This document shows positions 1 to 12,481 of a DNA stretch of 64,000 bases, one piece after another. The DNA is from Podospora anserina. Lineage: Eukaryota. The stretch covers positions 3,906,001 to 3,970,000 of the forward strand of contig CM030338.1 in NCBI GenBank assembly GCA_017654855.1, read 5' to 3'. The notes under the pieces are model-generated. The model made no database searches, had not been told where the DNA came from, and saw only the letters and a program-made list of their open reading frames with translations. Both the position numbers and the translations under genes were made by a program. Every line of letters starts with the position of its first letter. The stretch's first letter is position 1.

Positions 1-2996
1 CTCACCAACATTGGGCGCCACTCGGTCAAGTGGAACAGCAGGTTCAACAGGCACGAACGACGATACTGAGGAGGATAACGATAAGGGGCCCTGGGGCGTC
101 CCGAAGGTTCACGAATCAGTAGGAATGGCCACGCCAGTTGGACAAGGTGAGTTCAACCATCCAACACTGAGGAAACCCGACCGCTGATTGTCGTACTCTC
201 TCAGTTTACCCCTTACGGCGGAGCTCACGATTCGCCACGGCCCCTCGCACCCAGTTCAAAGCCAGCCGAACTCCGCACGACCTCCCTTTCAGCAGCAGCT
301 GTCCCCCAGTCGAGAAAGACTTGGAAGAGCTCTATATCACAGACGAATGCATCATGAGCAGCCAAGAAGAAGAATATCATTCACCGCATCAGCCGCGCCT
401 CGAGGCTGGGAACCTTCCCGAAACCCCCCCTGACTCGTCGTTCATCAACGACTACCAAGATTATACCTTTATGCGGAGAGCCCAGTCAAGGGGCTTGTTT
501 GGCATGATGGAGACCATCACCGAGTACTCGGAGGAGTCCGAGTCGATCCACTGCGGTAAAGAAAAAGACGGCGAAGACGAGGTAGCTGTACACCCACCGC
601 CTCTGGCCCACAGCTATTCTTCCATCACGGCCACCACCAATGTCTCTCGGCCGTCTACCAGACGCGGACGTGAACAAGAACCCCGCGAACCTCTGGACAA
701 AAGTGAGCCGGAGCCACTGGCACTCGAGGACCGGCTCAACATGCAGGCCTATGTTCGTGCCATGGTCATCTACGGAGGCGGCGCTCCAGAAAGAACGTCG
801 TCCATTCCCCAACACATCCTCTCGGCGCCAGATGATGGGTCTATTGGGAGCCTGGCCAGCATGCTCACGGCATCAGACGCCAGTCTCAGCACTGGTATCA
901 GCACCAACCTCACAACCCAGGAGAGTGCCGTCAGTGGGAGGTTGCGTAAAGAGCTCGACCTCATTTCTTCGGCAAGAGGAGCTCCGGCTGGCCCTGGGAG
1001 TCGACCAGCAACGGCCATTGGCAACACCGGACTCCCGGGTATCGACACCTCCAATCCTTTTGCGTTTCTTGCTCCTCGATCTAGTTCTCTTGTCAGCACC
1101 TCCACCATCACGGCCTTCAAGCCAGAACCCAAGCCAAAGGCTATTTCAGAACCTACCTCAGACACCGAGGGAGAGAAGAGGGTGCCAAAGGACTACCTCG
1201 AGGGGCAATGGAACGTCACCCCCGCGTTTCCCGACGAGAGCATCCTCCAGTTCCTCCGGGAGCCATCCGAAGCGAAAGAGGGTGTCTCAAGCAACACACC
1301 CTCACCGTCCTCCTCCAACGCTACCAAAAGAAGCACAAGCACGGTGAAGCTGTCCTCGCTCAAGGAAGATGGCGGCCCTGAAGGGATCGAGACAAAGCGG
1401 GGCTCCGAAGAGACCCTGAAGCTGGAGCAGCCACCGGTACTCTCCTCAGCACTCCAAGATAATGTGCGTCGGTGGTACCTCGAAGAGGTCATGTTCACCC
1501 GCATCATCGCCAAGGCATCCGTCAGCATACGAGCCATGCCGGACATGTCGTACATGTTGGTCCCCGAGACGGTTCGAGCACAGATCCGGCGGCTGGGAGA
1601 GCCGCTCATCCAGTTTGGGTATGAGATCCAGAGGTACTGTCTCGAGTACATCGAGGGATATGACTTGGCGTGGGTGATCCTTCAGTGGCAGCAGTGCCAG
1701 GAGGGGCGGGATGATACGCCCGAGGGGAACACGAAAAGGTGTCAGAGGGACAGCGCAATCGACATGTGTGACCCCCGAGGCTCGCCGGACTGGTCGCACG
1801 CGGGAAGTAGCCAGAGCAGAGCGCGGGTCTCGACGACACGGCTCCCCGCCCAGCTTCAGCTTCCGCCGGTTGAGGAAACGCCGAGGCCTGAGAAGCTGCC
1901 TAACGCCCTAGCCGTCCAGGGATGTGACGATGTGCCACCAAACGACACCCCCAGCCTCGAGGCCGATGCTCGGTCCAACGCCCCATCCTCCACCGCAAGC
2001 AGCGAAGACACCCACGCCAGCACGACCCCATCATCCCCCGGCCCGCCTCTCAAGCCCCGCCCACGACCGCTGACCGATGAGGAAGAAGACCAGCTCGTCC
2101 GAGCCATCAACGCCGTGGTGACCGAGCTCACCCACCTGCGCGACGACCTGGACGAGATCCACGATCATCTAGCCAAAATCAAAGTCTCCCGCCTCCCCAC
2201 GGCCGAAAACACCGAGGAAACCAAACAGAGCTTCCACAAGCTCTACATCGAGCTCGTCCCCCGTATCCCCACCCAAATGGACAACCTCCTCGCCCTCATG
2301 GACGAGAAGACCAAGGTCATAGCCACCATCCTCGACGGCGGACCAGAAGGCAACCCCACCATCCGCGAGATAAACACCATCCCGGAAATGACCATGGCCG
2401 GCGGCCTCGGTCTAACCTCCAACCCGTCCTCTCCCATTACCTCCCCCTTCGTCTCCTCCCCCCTCGTGTCCCCCTCCCTTTCCCCCTGCCCCGTGGCCCT
2501 AGACGAACGAGGTGAAAACTCCCCCCCCACAACCTGCCTCAAAACCCACCTCCACCACCTCCTCCACACCTCCCAAAAAACCTACCCCTTCCGCCTCGCC
2601 TTCGCCCACGCCCATTTGTACACCCTCCGCAAACTCTACCACTGCCCCCGCCTCGACCCCTTCACCTACCGCTCCCTCTCCTCCCTCGAGTCCCGCCTCG
2701 AGCGCCTCCGGAAGCAGGACCGCGTCAACGACGGGGCCGGCCACCTCTGCGCCATGTCGCACTCCGTATTGCGCATGGCGCACGGTATCCAAAACCGTCA
2801 TCGACCCCAACAACTCGACCCGGGAAAAGGGGGTCAGAGAGACAGTAATCGAAAAGACTCGCGACGAAGGGGGGGGGGGATTGGCCAACATGAGTGGGAG
2901 GTTTCTCGATCGTATCGTCGGGAAGGGGAAGGGGTGGTCGTCTCCGTGACGGACCTGGACAAAGATGTAGAGAGAAAAAGATCTGTTAGAAAGTGA
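1..2996 (+). CDS. Large hypothetical protein (S/P/E-rich with helical segments), probably 5'-truncated by the window edge
   Basis: 891-codon ORF 321..2996. An intron at 147..204 (GTGAGT...GCTGAT...CAG) joins it in frame to an upstream frame that is open from base 2 and has an ATG at 125. No recognisable domain. Confidence 0.75.
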
Positions 2997-3657
2997 GGTG
3001 GGTCGTGATCATTGAACATTGTCTTGAAAAGGGAACGGATTGGGCGTATCCGCCTCCTTTTACCTTGGGCAGAAGAAGGCAGCAGAAGAGGGCCGAGTTG
3101 GGAGTCGGCTTTGTGCCCGTCTCTTTGCGCGTGGTGCTGTTCTTGTCAGGCTATCAGGAGCTGGGGGGCAGCTGAGCAAATAAAAGACCTATCAAGGTGG
3201 GTAGGGACAGTGATTTGTAATGGCAAACAGAAAGAGGAACTGACCTGGAATGTAGAGAATAATGTCAATTCAGCACCGTACTGTATCCCTGACTTGATGT
3301 GAGATTGTTGAATACATTGCTGTGTGTGTGATGTACAGAGAAGGCTTTAAAACAACGCCGCGACAAAACACCAAGCCAGTACAACAAGGACACATACACA
3401 CATAGACAGATAGCCATCTATACCCCATTCACAAAAACCCATGTCTTCTATCCGTGGCCGAGAAAAGCAGCGCTAAAAAGGCAACCAAACACCAGACCAT
3501 GCAGTAAACTCCGGACCAAGCCTTGGTCAGCCATGCCGAAGGAAAAAAGAATAACTAGGTCACCTGTCCGTAAAGCCCCTCGCCAGAGAGCAAATGGTAT
3601 AACCCAAACCCGATCCGTCCATGCACCCATAAAGAAATGTTTGTAAATGTCCCTGCC

Positions 3658-5323
3658 TCAGAGAAAGAGACCGACCCAGGCCATCTTGCTGGACACCTCC
3701 GACTCGCAATCTGGGACGTTGCATAGAGCCTTGTTCTTGCCCGGCCCAGCGCGGAAGTGGGCAGTCTTGCCCTTGGCTCTGCCACGTCCTTCGTAGCAAC
3801 TCTTGCAGTACACCTGGGAAATTAAAAGTCAGCAAAAAGAAACAAGAGGTGGGAAGGAACAAACGGCGGGCATGACTTACGTGTCCACACTCCTTGACAG
3901 CCCAGAAGTGGTGCTCTTCATTGTCCTTCTTGTTCCTCGCTCTTTTCTGGGGCGGCATGTCGGCCCTGGACTCGTCTGGGTCGTACTTGAGCTCCTCCTC
4001 ACAGCCGGCACAGACAGCCACATCCTCGCTAGCCTCTCCGGTGGCACGGGTGAAGCCTTCTCGGGCAGGCTTGGGCGGAACATGGGCGGGTTTGGGAGCG
4101 GCATGCTCTTGACCGGCACGATGGAGTCCGTAGTTCAAATCGGGGCCATGCGCCCCGAGGGGGTTGTTGGCAGGACTCCGGCCTAGCGCTGTCACGTCGC
4201 GTAGTCCGAGAATGCCGTGAATGCCAAACATGGCAGCCGGCTGCAGTCTGTGTTGGAGTTGGTGCACAAAGTGGCTGAAAGCGCCAGGGGCTCGGAAGGA
4301 GCCACCAGCACCGAGATTGTCGTCCTCATCGTCGTTCACCAGGTCAACGAGAGGAGGAGGGGGGCGTGGAAGGTTGGGCCGGGCTTGGGCGCGGGCAGCA
4401 TGCTGTCGGCGCGGGGGAGGGGTCGGGTCGTCCATAGTGAGGTCGATGATGTCGGCGGCGCCGGCGTTTCCGAGAAGGCTACCGTCGCTGCGGTTGAGGG
4501 AAGGCGTGCGGTGGTTCAGAGTTTGTCGGCGAGGATTGGGGTTATGGTTTGGACGCGGCTGCCGAACGTCGTCGTCATCTTGTGTCAAATCGATAACCTC
4601 AGCGTTGGCAGCTGGCGTCATGGAGCGGGCCGCCGCCATTGTGCGAGGCCGGCGCACAGGTCTTGCGACTTCCATCTCAACAAGCTGGTCTCGAAAGGCC
4701 ACTTCGTCCGAGTTCAGAGTACCAAAACGAAAGCTGCTCTCCCTGTTCCCCTGCAGTTGTCCTGCGCGTCGGACTTCGGGAACTAACTGAGCGATGGGCG
4801 GCAATCGATTAGACGAGGGTGAGGGCGAAGGCCGCTGATCAACAAAGAGAGAATCCTCACTCGACTCTCGATTTGCAGTGCTGTCGTCACTGTGGTCGCT
4901 ATGGCTTTCGTCGTCGTCGTCGTCGTCGCTATCCCCAACATGCAGCAAGGCCCCCACATCCAAATCTTCGTTGTCGAGATAGCTATCGCTGTCACCAAAA
5001 ATGTGGTTCATATAATCGTCCTCGTGGTTCAGGTTTGGCTCGGCGGCGAGGTTGATGCCAAGAACGTGACGCAACTGGTGAAGGTGGTGCAGATGGTGAT
5101 GCAAGTGGTGGTGTAGCTGATGCTGGAACTCTGCTTCTTCTTGTTCGGCGTGGGCGTGGTGGTGATGGTGGTGGTTATGGTGGTCGTGGTGGTCGTCGTG
5201 GTGGTCGTCGTTGTCGTAGAAGTCGAGGTCCGCGTTCAAATCAGAGTCAGAGTCGGATTCGTGGTTGTTGTCGTGGTGGTTGTCAGAAGAGTAGAACCCC
5301 AGGTCGGGAGAGCTTCTGTCCAT
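3658..5323 (-). CDS. SIM-containing RING-finger protein (RNF4/Rfp1/Slx5-like STUbL subunit)
   Basis: ATG at 5323 (MDRSSPDL), intron 3814..3880, stop at 3658. SIM-like motifs EVIDLTQDDD, DIIDLTMDD and LVDLVNDD. C-terminal RING-like CAGC...CGH|VYCKSC...CNVPDC. Confidence 0.8.
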
Positions 5324-6011
5324 AACGGCTTCAGTGCACCTTGGCAGGTCAACCAAACAATGACATTCCACGCGCCCCACTCGGTCCTCAATCCTGACGC
5401 TGTAGTGTACACTCGGGCTGCCAGAAAAGGGCTCGAGCTGTTTCTGGACTTCGGTGTATGCGTAAGGGAAAATGTCGCCACAAGGCGCGCTGGTGGCTGT
5501 TTCTGGTGCGAGCGATGATGAGAGAAAGAGACCTCGGACACTACAAGGGCCACAAACGCCGCTGCAAAGGCAAGCAAACAGCGCCAATAGCAACACAATT
5601 TGCCCCACTTTTGCCTGCTGCAAAGAGAAATGCCCTCAACCTTCTTTTTTTCTTTTCAGGTATATCCACTGTCTTTTAACACCTTCAACTGTGTTTAACT
5701 GTGTTTAAAAGTCTACCAAGTGTCATTTGTGTTAGTTTCACGGTGTCAGTTACGGAGTATCTTCCAGGTTGTCCACAACCAGCATGCCTGCCAAGTATCA
5801 GTGCCTAAAGTGAATATTATCAGCAGCACACATCAACAGACACGGTCACTTTCAAGGCAACAGGCAGCTACTGTGCAGAGAGTAAAAAAATAAAATAAAA
5901 AAGAGAAAAGAACCCCATTGCTGGTTTTTCAGGCGCCACCGAAAAGCAAACTAAACAAATATCTGCACTATACTACAAGCTCACAGATTCTCCAATGTTC
6001 ACCCTTCTCCT

Positions 6012-7684
6012 CTATGCACTCTCCTTGAGCACCGAGACCACACCCTCCTTGTTGACCGTCACCAGAGACTTCGCATCTGTTCCCCAGCGGATAGCCGTGC
6101 CTGGTACGCTCGTCCTGAGTGGCTCGGACCACGCCTTGGCCTTCTTCAGATACATTTGCACCGTGACGCCAGTGGACCCAACTGTCGCGAGGTACTGCCC
6201 AGTGCGGTCCCACGCAAGAGACTGCGCATCGCCCGTCTGGAGCTCCTTGGCCTTGGCCGCATCACCCTCTTTCCGCAGGTCGAAAATGGTGACCGTCTGC
6301 TGGCCCTTGCCCGTTGCCGCAAACCAGTACCCATTCTCGGAGAACACCAGCGCCTGGACAGGAGCCCCAAGGTGAAAGTTGACAACCTTGACGCCATCCT
6401 TGGTCTGGAAGACATTAATGTCTCCCGCCTGTGTGCCAGCAGCAAGAAAGTGGCCGTCGGGGTGGAAGGCACAGGATGTCAGAGCTGGTGAATTGGTCAG
6501 CAACTTTTGTTTTGGTATATAGCGAATGGGGGGGAAACATACCAGCATCCGTGTAGCCTCGAGACACCTGTTGCAGTGTCTCAAGATCGTAAAAGACAAA
6601 GCTCTTGTCAACGCCAACCGAGGCCAGGATACGGCCACCGGGGTGGACAGTGAGACCAGTGACTGCACCGGCGTGTACGTGGAATGAAGCAACCTCGCTG
6701 CCGCTGTCCAACACCTTGACCGAGCCCTTGGAGGTACCCAGGATAACCTTGCTTCCCGTCCACACCGTACATGTTACTGGCTCACCGATATCCAGCGAGC
6801 GCTCCACTGTGTTGCCCTGAATGGAATAGATATCGGTCTTGCCATCCAACCCGCCAATAACAGCATACTCGGATTCGACATCGAGGGAGGAGGCTTGCGA
6901 GACGGAGAGATCGGTGTGCCCAGTTTGCTGGAAGGCTGAGACTTCGTCTGGGGTGGCCCAATTCTCTGGGGCGGGTCGCTTCTCGCGCCGGCGTTGTGTT
7001 AACCTGCAAAAGAATAGTCAGCATCATGTCATCGCTACTCCTTTCGCCCGGAGCTTGGTGTCCACGTACTGTTGTTGCACCTCATTGACATGTTCCACCA
7101 GTCCTTCTGGGAGACCCTCGTTGTCCACCGCCATAGCATCGCCATTGGAAGCACCGCCAGCCGAGGGAGCAACGGTGATCTTGGAAAGAGCATCCCGGGC
7201 CTCATCCCGCTCCTTGGTCAGCCGCGCAATCACGCGCACGGCGGCATCGTGTTGGTACAGGGCCGTCGCAAGCTCTTCTCTTGTTCTAGACAGCTGCTCC
7301 CTTGTGTTGTATGCTTCCAATACCAACGCGTCCCACTCATCCTGAAAGGCCTTCAACAGCGACGGCAGAGAGGTGAAATTTGGAGGACGAGGTCGGACGA
7401 CGCGGCTGGTCTTGACATCGAGGAGGTCTTCGGGGTCGAGCTCTTCTTCGGTGCCTGGTTCTTTTCCGTTTTCTTGAATGTACTTGAGAATTAGGCGCTT
7501 CTCAAAGACAGTGCCTGGTCATCGGAGGGTTGGTTAGCTTGCGACCTCTCGAGCTGCGACTGTGGCAGACTGACCTGTCTTTCTCGAAACAACAGGCTCC
7601 TCGGGAACCTCGCCAGACACTGCGTCAGATTAGCGAATGATCGATCCCAGAGTTTTCCGGTATCGACTTACGTGCGCAGAGCAT
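6012..7684 (-). CDS. PRP19: Pre-mRNA processing factor 19 (U-box, coiled coil, WD40)
   Basis: Spliced N-terminus [28 protein letters not shown]; motifs RPPNFTSLPSLLKAFQDEWDAL and ELATALYQHDAAVRVIARL; WD40 repeats. Introns about 7620..7671, 7515..7574, 7004..7069 and 6485..6543. Confidence 0.97.
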
Positions 7685-8038
7685 TTTTGGATATCTGCTG
7701 GTGTTCTCTGTAAAAATTGGATTTTTTTGGCCATAGGTCAACTGCGGTCAGCCTGGGACTGTGAGGCTACCAAAAGTGAACGCGACCCGCGCGCACAGTC
7801 GCACTCGTGTGGGGCGTCTTGGCGCAATGTCATTCATAATTCAAACACTGTGGACATCTTGCATAACTTGCCTGTTGAATACATAATTATCTTATCGACA
7901 AGCCCTTCAACATCGTTATTGCTCTTTATCACAACCAAAGCATTGTTCAGCTGATTCATTTCTTTCTGCTTTGTACCTAAGTACGTACTCTCTTTCACCA
8001 TCTCATTGTTTTTCCCTCAGGATGGAACACACATTGAT

Positions 8039-8986
8039 TCATACAGCAACACTGCCCCTCATCACCAACACCGCTGTCCCTCCCAAGTGTATTTCCTTGA
8101 CCTTCCCCTCCTCAGTGACACTCGTTTCAACCACAATCTCACTTCTTCTGCCCATTTCAACACCCTGCGTAATCTCATATCTTGCCCCCTTCTTTTCCGT
8201 CAAGGTCAGATACGCGCTCAATGTACACCCTGCGCTTCCCGTGGCCGGGTCCTCAAAGCCCAGCTCCACCATTCTGGTTTGAACCTTTGTCTTCGACCCC
8301 TCGTCGGTATAGACATAATAGTACCTACCGACAAAGCTCTTTTCCCACTCTCCCTTGTCCAGAAAGTTGGGGATCTTGTCAAATTGAAGGCGAGGCGAGT
8401 CTGTCACTTTGGCCAGAAGCTCCAAGGAAGGGAGGTTGACGAGAATGAAGGTCATTCCTCTGACAATGCTCACCACTGTTCCCGAGAGCTCAGCTTGCCG
8501 GATCTGATCGTGAGGAGACAAGCCAGCTGTGATGATGTCTGATGACTCGGACTTTTCGAGGAGGCTGGAGAGAGTGGACGAGTGGACGTGCACCGCGTGG
8601 GGAATCTCAGCCTTGACGTTTTGGCTTCCTTCGACGTTGATGGGAATAGGTCCGGCCTTTGTCAACAAGGTGTTGACGTGTCCCCAGCCCAGGTGGTGAA
8701 GGACTAGATAGGCAGTGCCAATGGTTGGGTGCCCCGCAAAAGGGAGCTCCTCTTCGATCGTGAAGATGTTGAACTCGAGTGTGGTGGCTTCCGGTTTGGC
8801 ATTGGATTCGGCATGTAGAAAGACTGTTTCGGACAGGTTGAACTCGCGGGCTATGCGCTGCTTGATCTCTTGAGTCACCAACGAGCGTTGAGAAGGTGGG
8901 ACGAAGACAACCGCCAGGGGGTTTCCCTCATAACGATTTGTTGTGAAGACATCGACAGTGACGAAGTCAAGGCTGAGGGGGGCCAT
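8039..8986 (-). CDS. PhzF/PhzC-family (diaminopimelate epimerase-like) isomerase
   Basis: Intronless 315 aa with VDVFT..YEGNPLAV, EFNLSETVF, ELPFAGHPTIG and EDPATGSA motifs. Confidence 0.95.
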   Translation of the reverse strand: MAPLSLDFVTVDVFTTNRYEGNPLAVVFVPPSQRSLVTQEIKQRIAREFNLSETVFLHAESNAKPEATTLEFNIFTIEEELPFAGHPTIGTAYLVLHHLGWGHVNTLLTKAGPIPINVEGSQNVKAEIPHAVHVHSSTLSSLLEKSESSDIITAGLSPHDQIRQAELSGTVVSIVRGMTFILVNLPSLELLAKVTDSPRLQFDKIPNFLDKGEWEKSFVGRYYYVYTDEGSKTKVQTRMVELGFEDPATGSAGCTLSAYLTLTEKKGARYEITQGVEMGRRSEIVVETSVTEEGKVKEIHLGGTAVLVMRGSVAV

Positions 8987-9094
8987 TTTGATCTTCTGTT
9001 TTGGGATGCTACCTTGGCTGGTTTAGATGACGACTCGACTCTTGGGTGTCGAGACAGGTATATATGTCATTGTCAGGTCTCGATGTGATGAAAT

Positions 9095-9127
9095 TGAGTC
9101 ACAGAAGCGGGGAAGTGGGGTGAGTAA
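9095..9127 (-). promoter_or_regulatory. Two Gcn4/CPC-1 (AP-1)-type sites upstream of the PhzF-family gene
   Basis: TGAGTCA at 9095..9101 and TGAGTAA at 9121..9127, about 110-140 bp upstream of the ATG at 8986. A TATATA lies near 9060. Confidence 0.5.
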
Positions 9128-9677
9128 CCATGACGAACTCAAAGGGCGCAGTTGACACTCCCAGAGATGTTTTGCCATAGTTGCTGATTGGTAAGACACG
9201 ATATGCTCGATGTCCCTACCAACCACATCGGCGGTTTCCGCCGCTCCCATAACCATCGCCGCTGACCACGCATCTAGAAACTTCAGTCTTGCGAGCATAT
9301 CCAACTGATAGTCAAACGGCATCTATTGGCGTTTTGGGTCTTCGCACACCAAGCGGTAGCTGGTCCTTGTTCATACAACTTTCAAGATCAATGTTTACAA
9401 TGGTATTGTTGTCGACAAGGACACATTGAAAAACAGGGGTATCGTGAACACTATCCGTTTGTGCTGACAAAGGCTTGACAGAACCAAGACATTGTTCAGA
9501 TGGACTCGACAAAGGAGACTGGTTTTATATAAGAAAGGTCAGGTTCACAGTCTCCCTACACATTTTCCCCCATCATCAGCAATCTTCATCAACTATCTGC
9601 ATCATCCACAACACTGAGCAAACAACAACCACACCGCATTACATACACTCAAGAGGCAGGCCTCTCACCTACACAAA

Positions 9678-10802
9678 ATGCATACCGCAGGTGTTATTTA
9701 TGCCGTCCTCCTGATGGCTCTGCCATTGGTAGACTTTGCAATCGCCCATTCAAGTCCTTACTCAATCCTTGATGTGACCGCTTCTGCTTCTCAGGCTCAG
9801 ATTGATGGTGCCTATGAGGACCTGCTACAGACCTTGCAAGATCAAAACGAAAAGGGACTGTGGTCGGGAGAAGGCGACCAGGAGCTGCTTGCCAAAAAGA
9901 TTGCCGAGATTCAGAACGCCCACCTTACACTCACTGATTCTTTGGAGAGATGCTTTTGGCACCGCGACACTGGTGTTCGAGATTGGTATGGTCGACCCTT
10001 TCTTTGCTGGGACGAGATGGTCAAAGACAAGCTCGAGGCGTTGAGGGATGCTATTGCCCAGGACGACTTCTCGAAGCTGACCTGGCGGCCTCGCTCTTCC
10101 AGATACTCTATGCTTCCGGCCGCAAAGCCAGACCAAGAGCCGGCCCAAGTTACTGACAGCTCATCCACGCAGGAGCCTCTTGTGACTACAACAGAGACGC
10201 CCGAACACAAAACTAGCAAGGTCGATGTTGTCACGGAGCCAGCTGCCAAGGTTACTCCCGAACCTATCACCACCAAGGCTGCTGACGAAGTGACCAGGGC
10301 CTGGTCAACTATCAGCGCCGTGTTAAGTTACCCTGTCACCGTTGTCATTCCTCAGCTCGGGACCTGGTTCGCCGCTGCCAAGCCCATTGTTGTCTCTTAC
10401 TCCGAGATGGCTCTGGCTCAGGCCAAGACCTGGTTGGCTATCCTCTGGGCCTTTGTCTGGCTCGTCGCCACCACCGTCTGGTCCTACCTCACCACCTCCT
10501 TCAAGCTCGCTCGGAAATACCTCGGGCCTCTGGCACCCTCACCTTCATCGGAATCTATCCCCGCAGACGCCGCCCCCCAGCCTACCATCAGATCCAATGC
10601 CGGCTTCAACGCCGGCATTATCAGGTCTCTGGATGGTGAGCAGGAGACGGTCCTGACCAAACTCACCTCTCTCGCCCCCATCCCTGACAGCACTGCTACG
10701 GTCTTGTTGGCGAGCACTACTAACCCACTGCGTTACCAGTCTCAGTTTGGTTCGGCGACTGCCCGGAAGGTGAGCACTGTTACTACCAAACCTTCTTACT
10801 AA
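9678..10802 (+). CDS. Secretory/membrane J-domain-like protein lacking the HPD motif
   Basis: Signal peptide; PYSILDVTASASQAQIDGAYEDL...KIAEIQNAHLTLTDSLER aligns by eye to a DnaJ domain; T/P/E-rich linker; hydrophobic TM segment WLAILWAFVWLVATTVW. Confidence 0.75.
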   Translation: MHTAGVIYAVLLMALPLVDFAIAHSSPYSILDVTASASQAQIDGAYEDLLQTLQDQNEKGLWSGEGDQELLAKKIAEIQNAHLTLTDSLERCFWHRDTGVRDWYGRPFLCWDEMVKDKLEALRDAIAQDDFSKLTWRPRSSRYSMLPAAKPDQEPAQVTDSSSTQEPLVTTTETPEHKTSKVDVVTEPAAKVTPEPITTKAADEVTRAWSTISAVLSYPVTVVIPQLGTWFAAAKPIVVSYSEMALAQAKTWLAILWAFVWLVATTVWSYLTTSFKLARKYLGPLAPSPSSESIPADAAPQPTIRSNAGFNAGIIRSLDGEQETVLTKLTSLAPIPDSTATVLLASTTNPLRYQSQFGSATARKVSTVTTKPSY

Positions 10803-10986
10803 CTTTTTTGTGGCTCAGCTGTTGGATAATGGTACTTCCAAACTGGAAGAATGATTGGGTCGATAATCAGGTAAGTAAAGTACTTTTTCCTACTCTCTAA
10901 TAGAAACATATCTCAACCACCTTCAAAAAATTCCCCTCGCCCGAAAAATCTTCCTCTCCCATCTGTCCGTGAGTGAGAAAAAGTGA

Positions 10987-12481
10987 TCAGACATAGATAT
11001 AGCACATCTCCCCTCCCAACCCACCCAGCTGATCGTTCATCTCCTCCAACCTCACCCCCGGCGCCGTCCACCCCAGGTCGATGACCGAGTCGAGCGCATT
11101 CTTCGGCTGGGTGGTCTGTCGTCTCCCGTGGTTGTGGCCACCAGGCATGGCCTGCCCGGGCACGGCGTTGATTCTGTTTTCGGGGTCGTTCATCTGCCAG
11201 ATCCACCAGATGCGGTCCAGCGCGCCGTGGTGGAAGTAGAAGAGGGGGTCGCCTGGTGAGCAGTAAAAGTCCTTCAGCATATGTTAGCGCCGAAATGAAA
11301 AGGTGGCGAAGGTTAGGAGAACATACACCCCCGGGATCACCGCCAATCAGGTAATGTCCCGCGTTGTGAAGACCCCATGGATTGGGGTCACCCTTGAGCT
11401 GGGGTTGGCCGAGGTACCTGTTGTAGAAGCTGTCGACGTCGTTGTGCTGGGTGATCAAGTGGTAGGTGTAGTTTGCTTTTGCGCCGGCGACGCTGAACCG
11501 GTTGACATCACGGCGGAGACAGCGGGGGTTGGAGCCGAGGCCGTCGCGCTGGGGGTTGGGGGGGATGTCCCGGACGACGGAGCCCTTGGGGCCGAGGGAG
11601 ACTACCATGCTTCGTTACTGTCAGCGGTGTATCAAAATAGGGTTAGCTAGAAGGGAAACATACTCCTTGAAGGGTCCAGTAGTCACACAGCCACCGCCTT
11701 GATCAGCAGGAATGCGATCGTATGGACGGGGAAACGGTTGAGGGATGCCGTTGTAGGGCGCGAGCTCGCCGTTGCCGGACATGCTGGCTGGTGACCCGTC
11801 AAAGAGGAGAGAGTTCAAGGGGTCGGCGACGTAGCGGTCGTAGTTCATGTACTTTCCTCATGTCAGTAACTGGTCATCAGGGCTAGGTAGTAGGACTAAT
11901 GCACACCGGCTGGTATCCTGTATACCCACACTCCTCTCTCAAGGCCTTCTCGTACACGTAGATGAAGTACCGATGGGCAGCAAAGAGATTCGTTGGGCCG
12001 TGAAGCTCTCCCGCCTGCGTCATGTGTGTGGCAACAAAGTCGTCGAAGCGGCTGAGTGAGCCAGGGACCTTGTCTTTGGGGGCCCGGGGAGGCTTCTTCT
12101 GGAGGCAGAGGACGGCCCGGACGTATTCTTGACGGGCTTCGACCGTCATATCGCTCCTGCAACGCTGGTTAGCTAACAACTTTGACAGGCGGTCAGGAGG
12201 CAGAAAACATACCACTCTTGTCTGACGGCGGCATTCTCGAGCGTGCAGTTTGTGGCTTTGCCCGCTTTGTGCTGCTTGTCCAGCCAGGCTTGGACCTTGG
12301 GCATGGTCTCATCCTGGAGTTTGTCGACTACGTCGAGGGGAAAGGCAGGATTGCGCTTCCTATTGAGAGAGTGTGTTAGGCTCAACACATGAAGTGGAAG
12401 AGGTGGTGCTTACGTTTTGTATTCCCACCCCCATGCCCCCACGAGCAGTGACAATTGCACAACACCCTGAATACCTTTCAT
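10987..12481 (-). CDS. Secreted tyrosinase / type-3 dicopper oxidase (multi-exon)
   Basis: Signal-peptide exon from ATG 12481. CuA region ATHMTQAGELHGPTNLFAAHR, LREECGYTGYQP; CuB region LHNAGH...SPGDPLFYFHHGALDRIWWIWQ. About 5 introns. Confidence 0.93.

Noticed and set aside
5324..5623. N-terminal extension of the RING ORF resembling a signal peptide
   Set aside because: Starts at a non-ATG codon; most likely 5' UTR of a nuclear protein.
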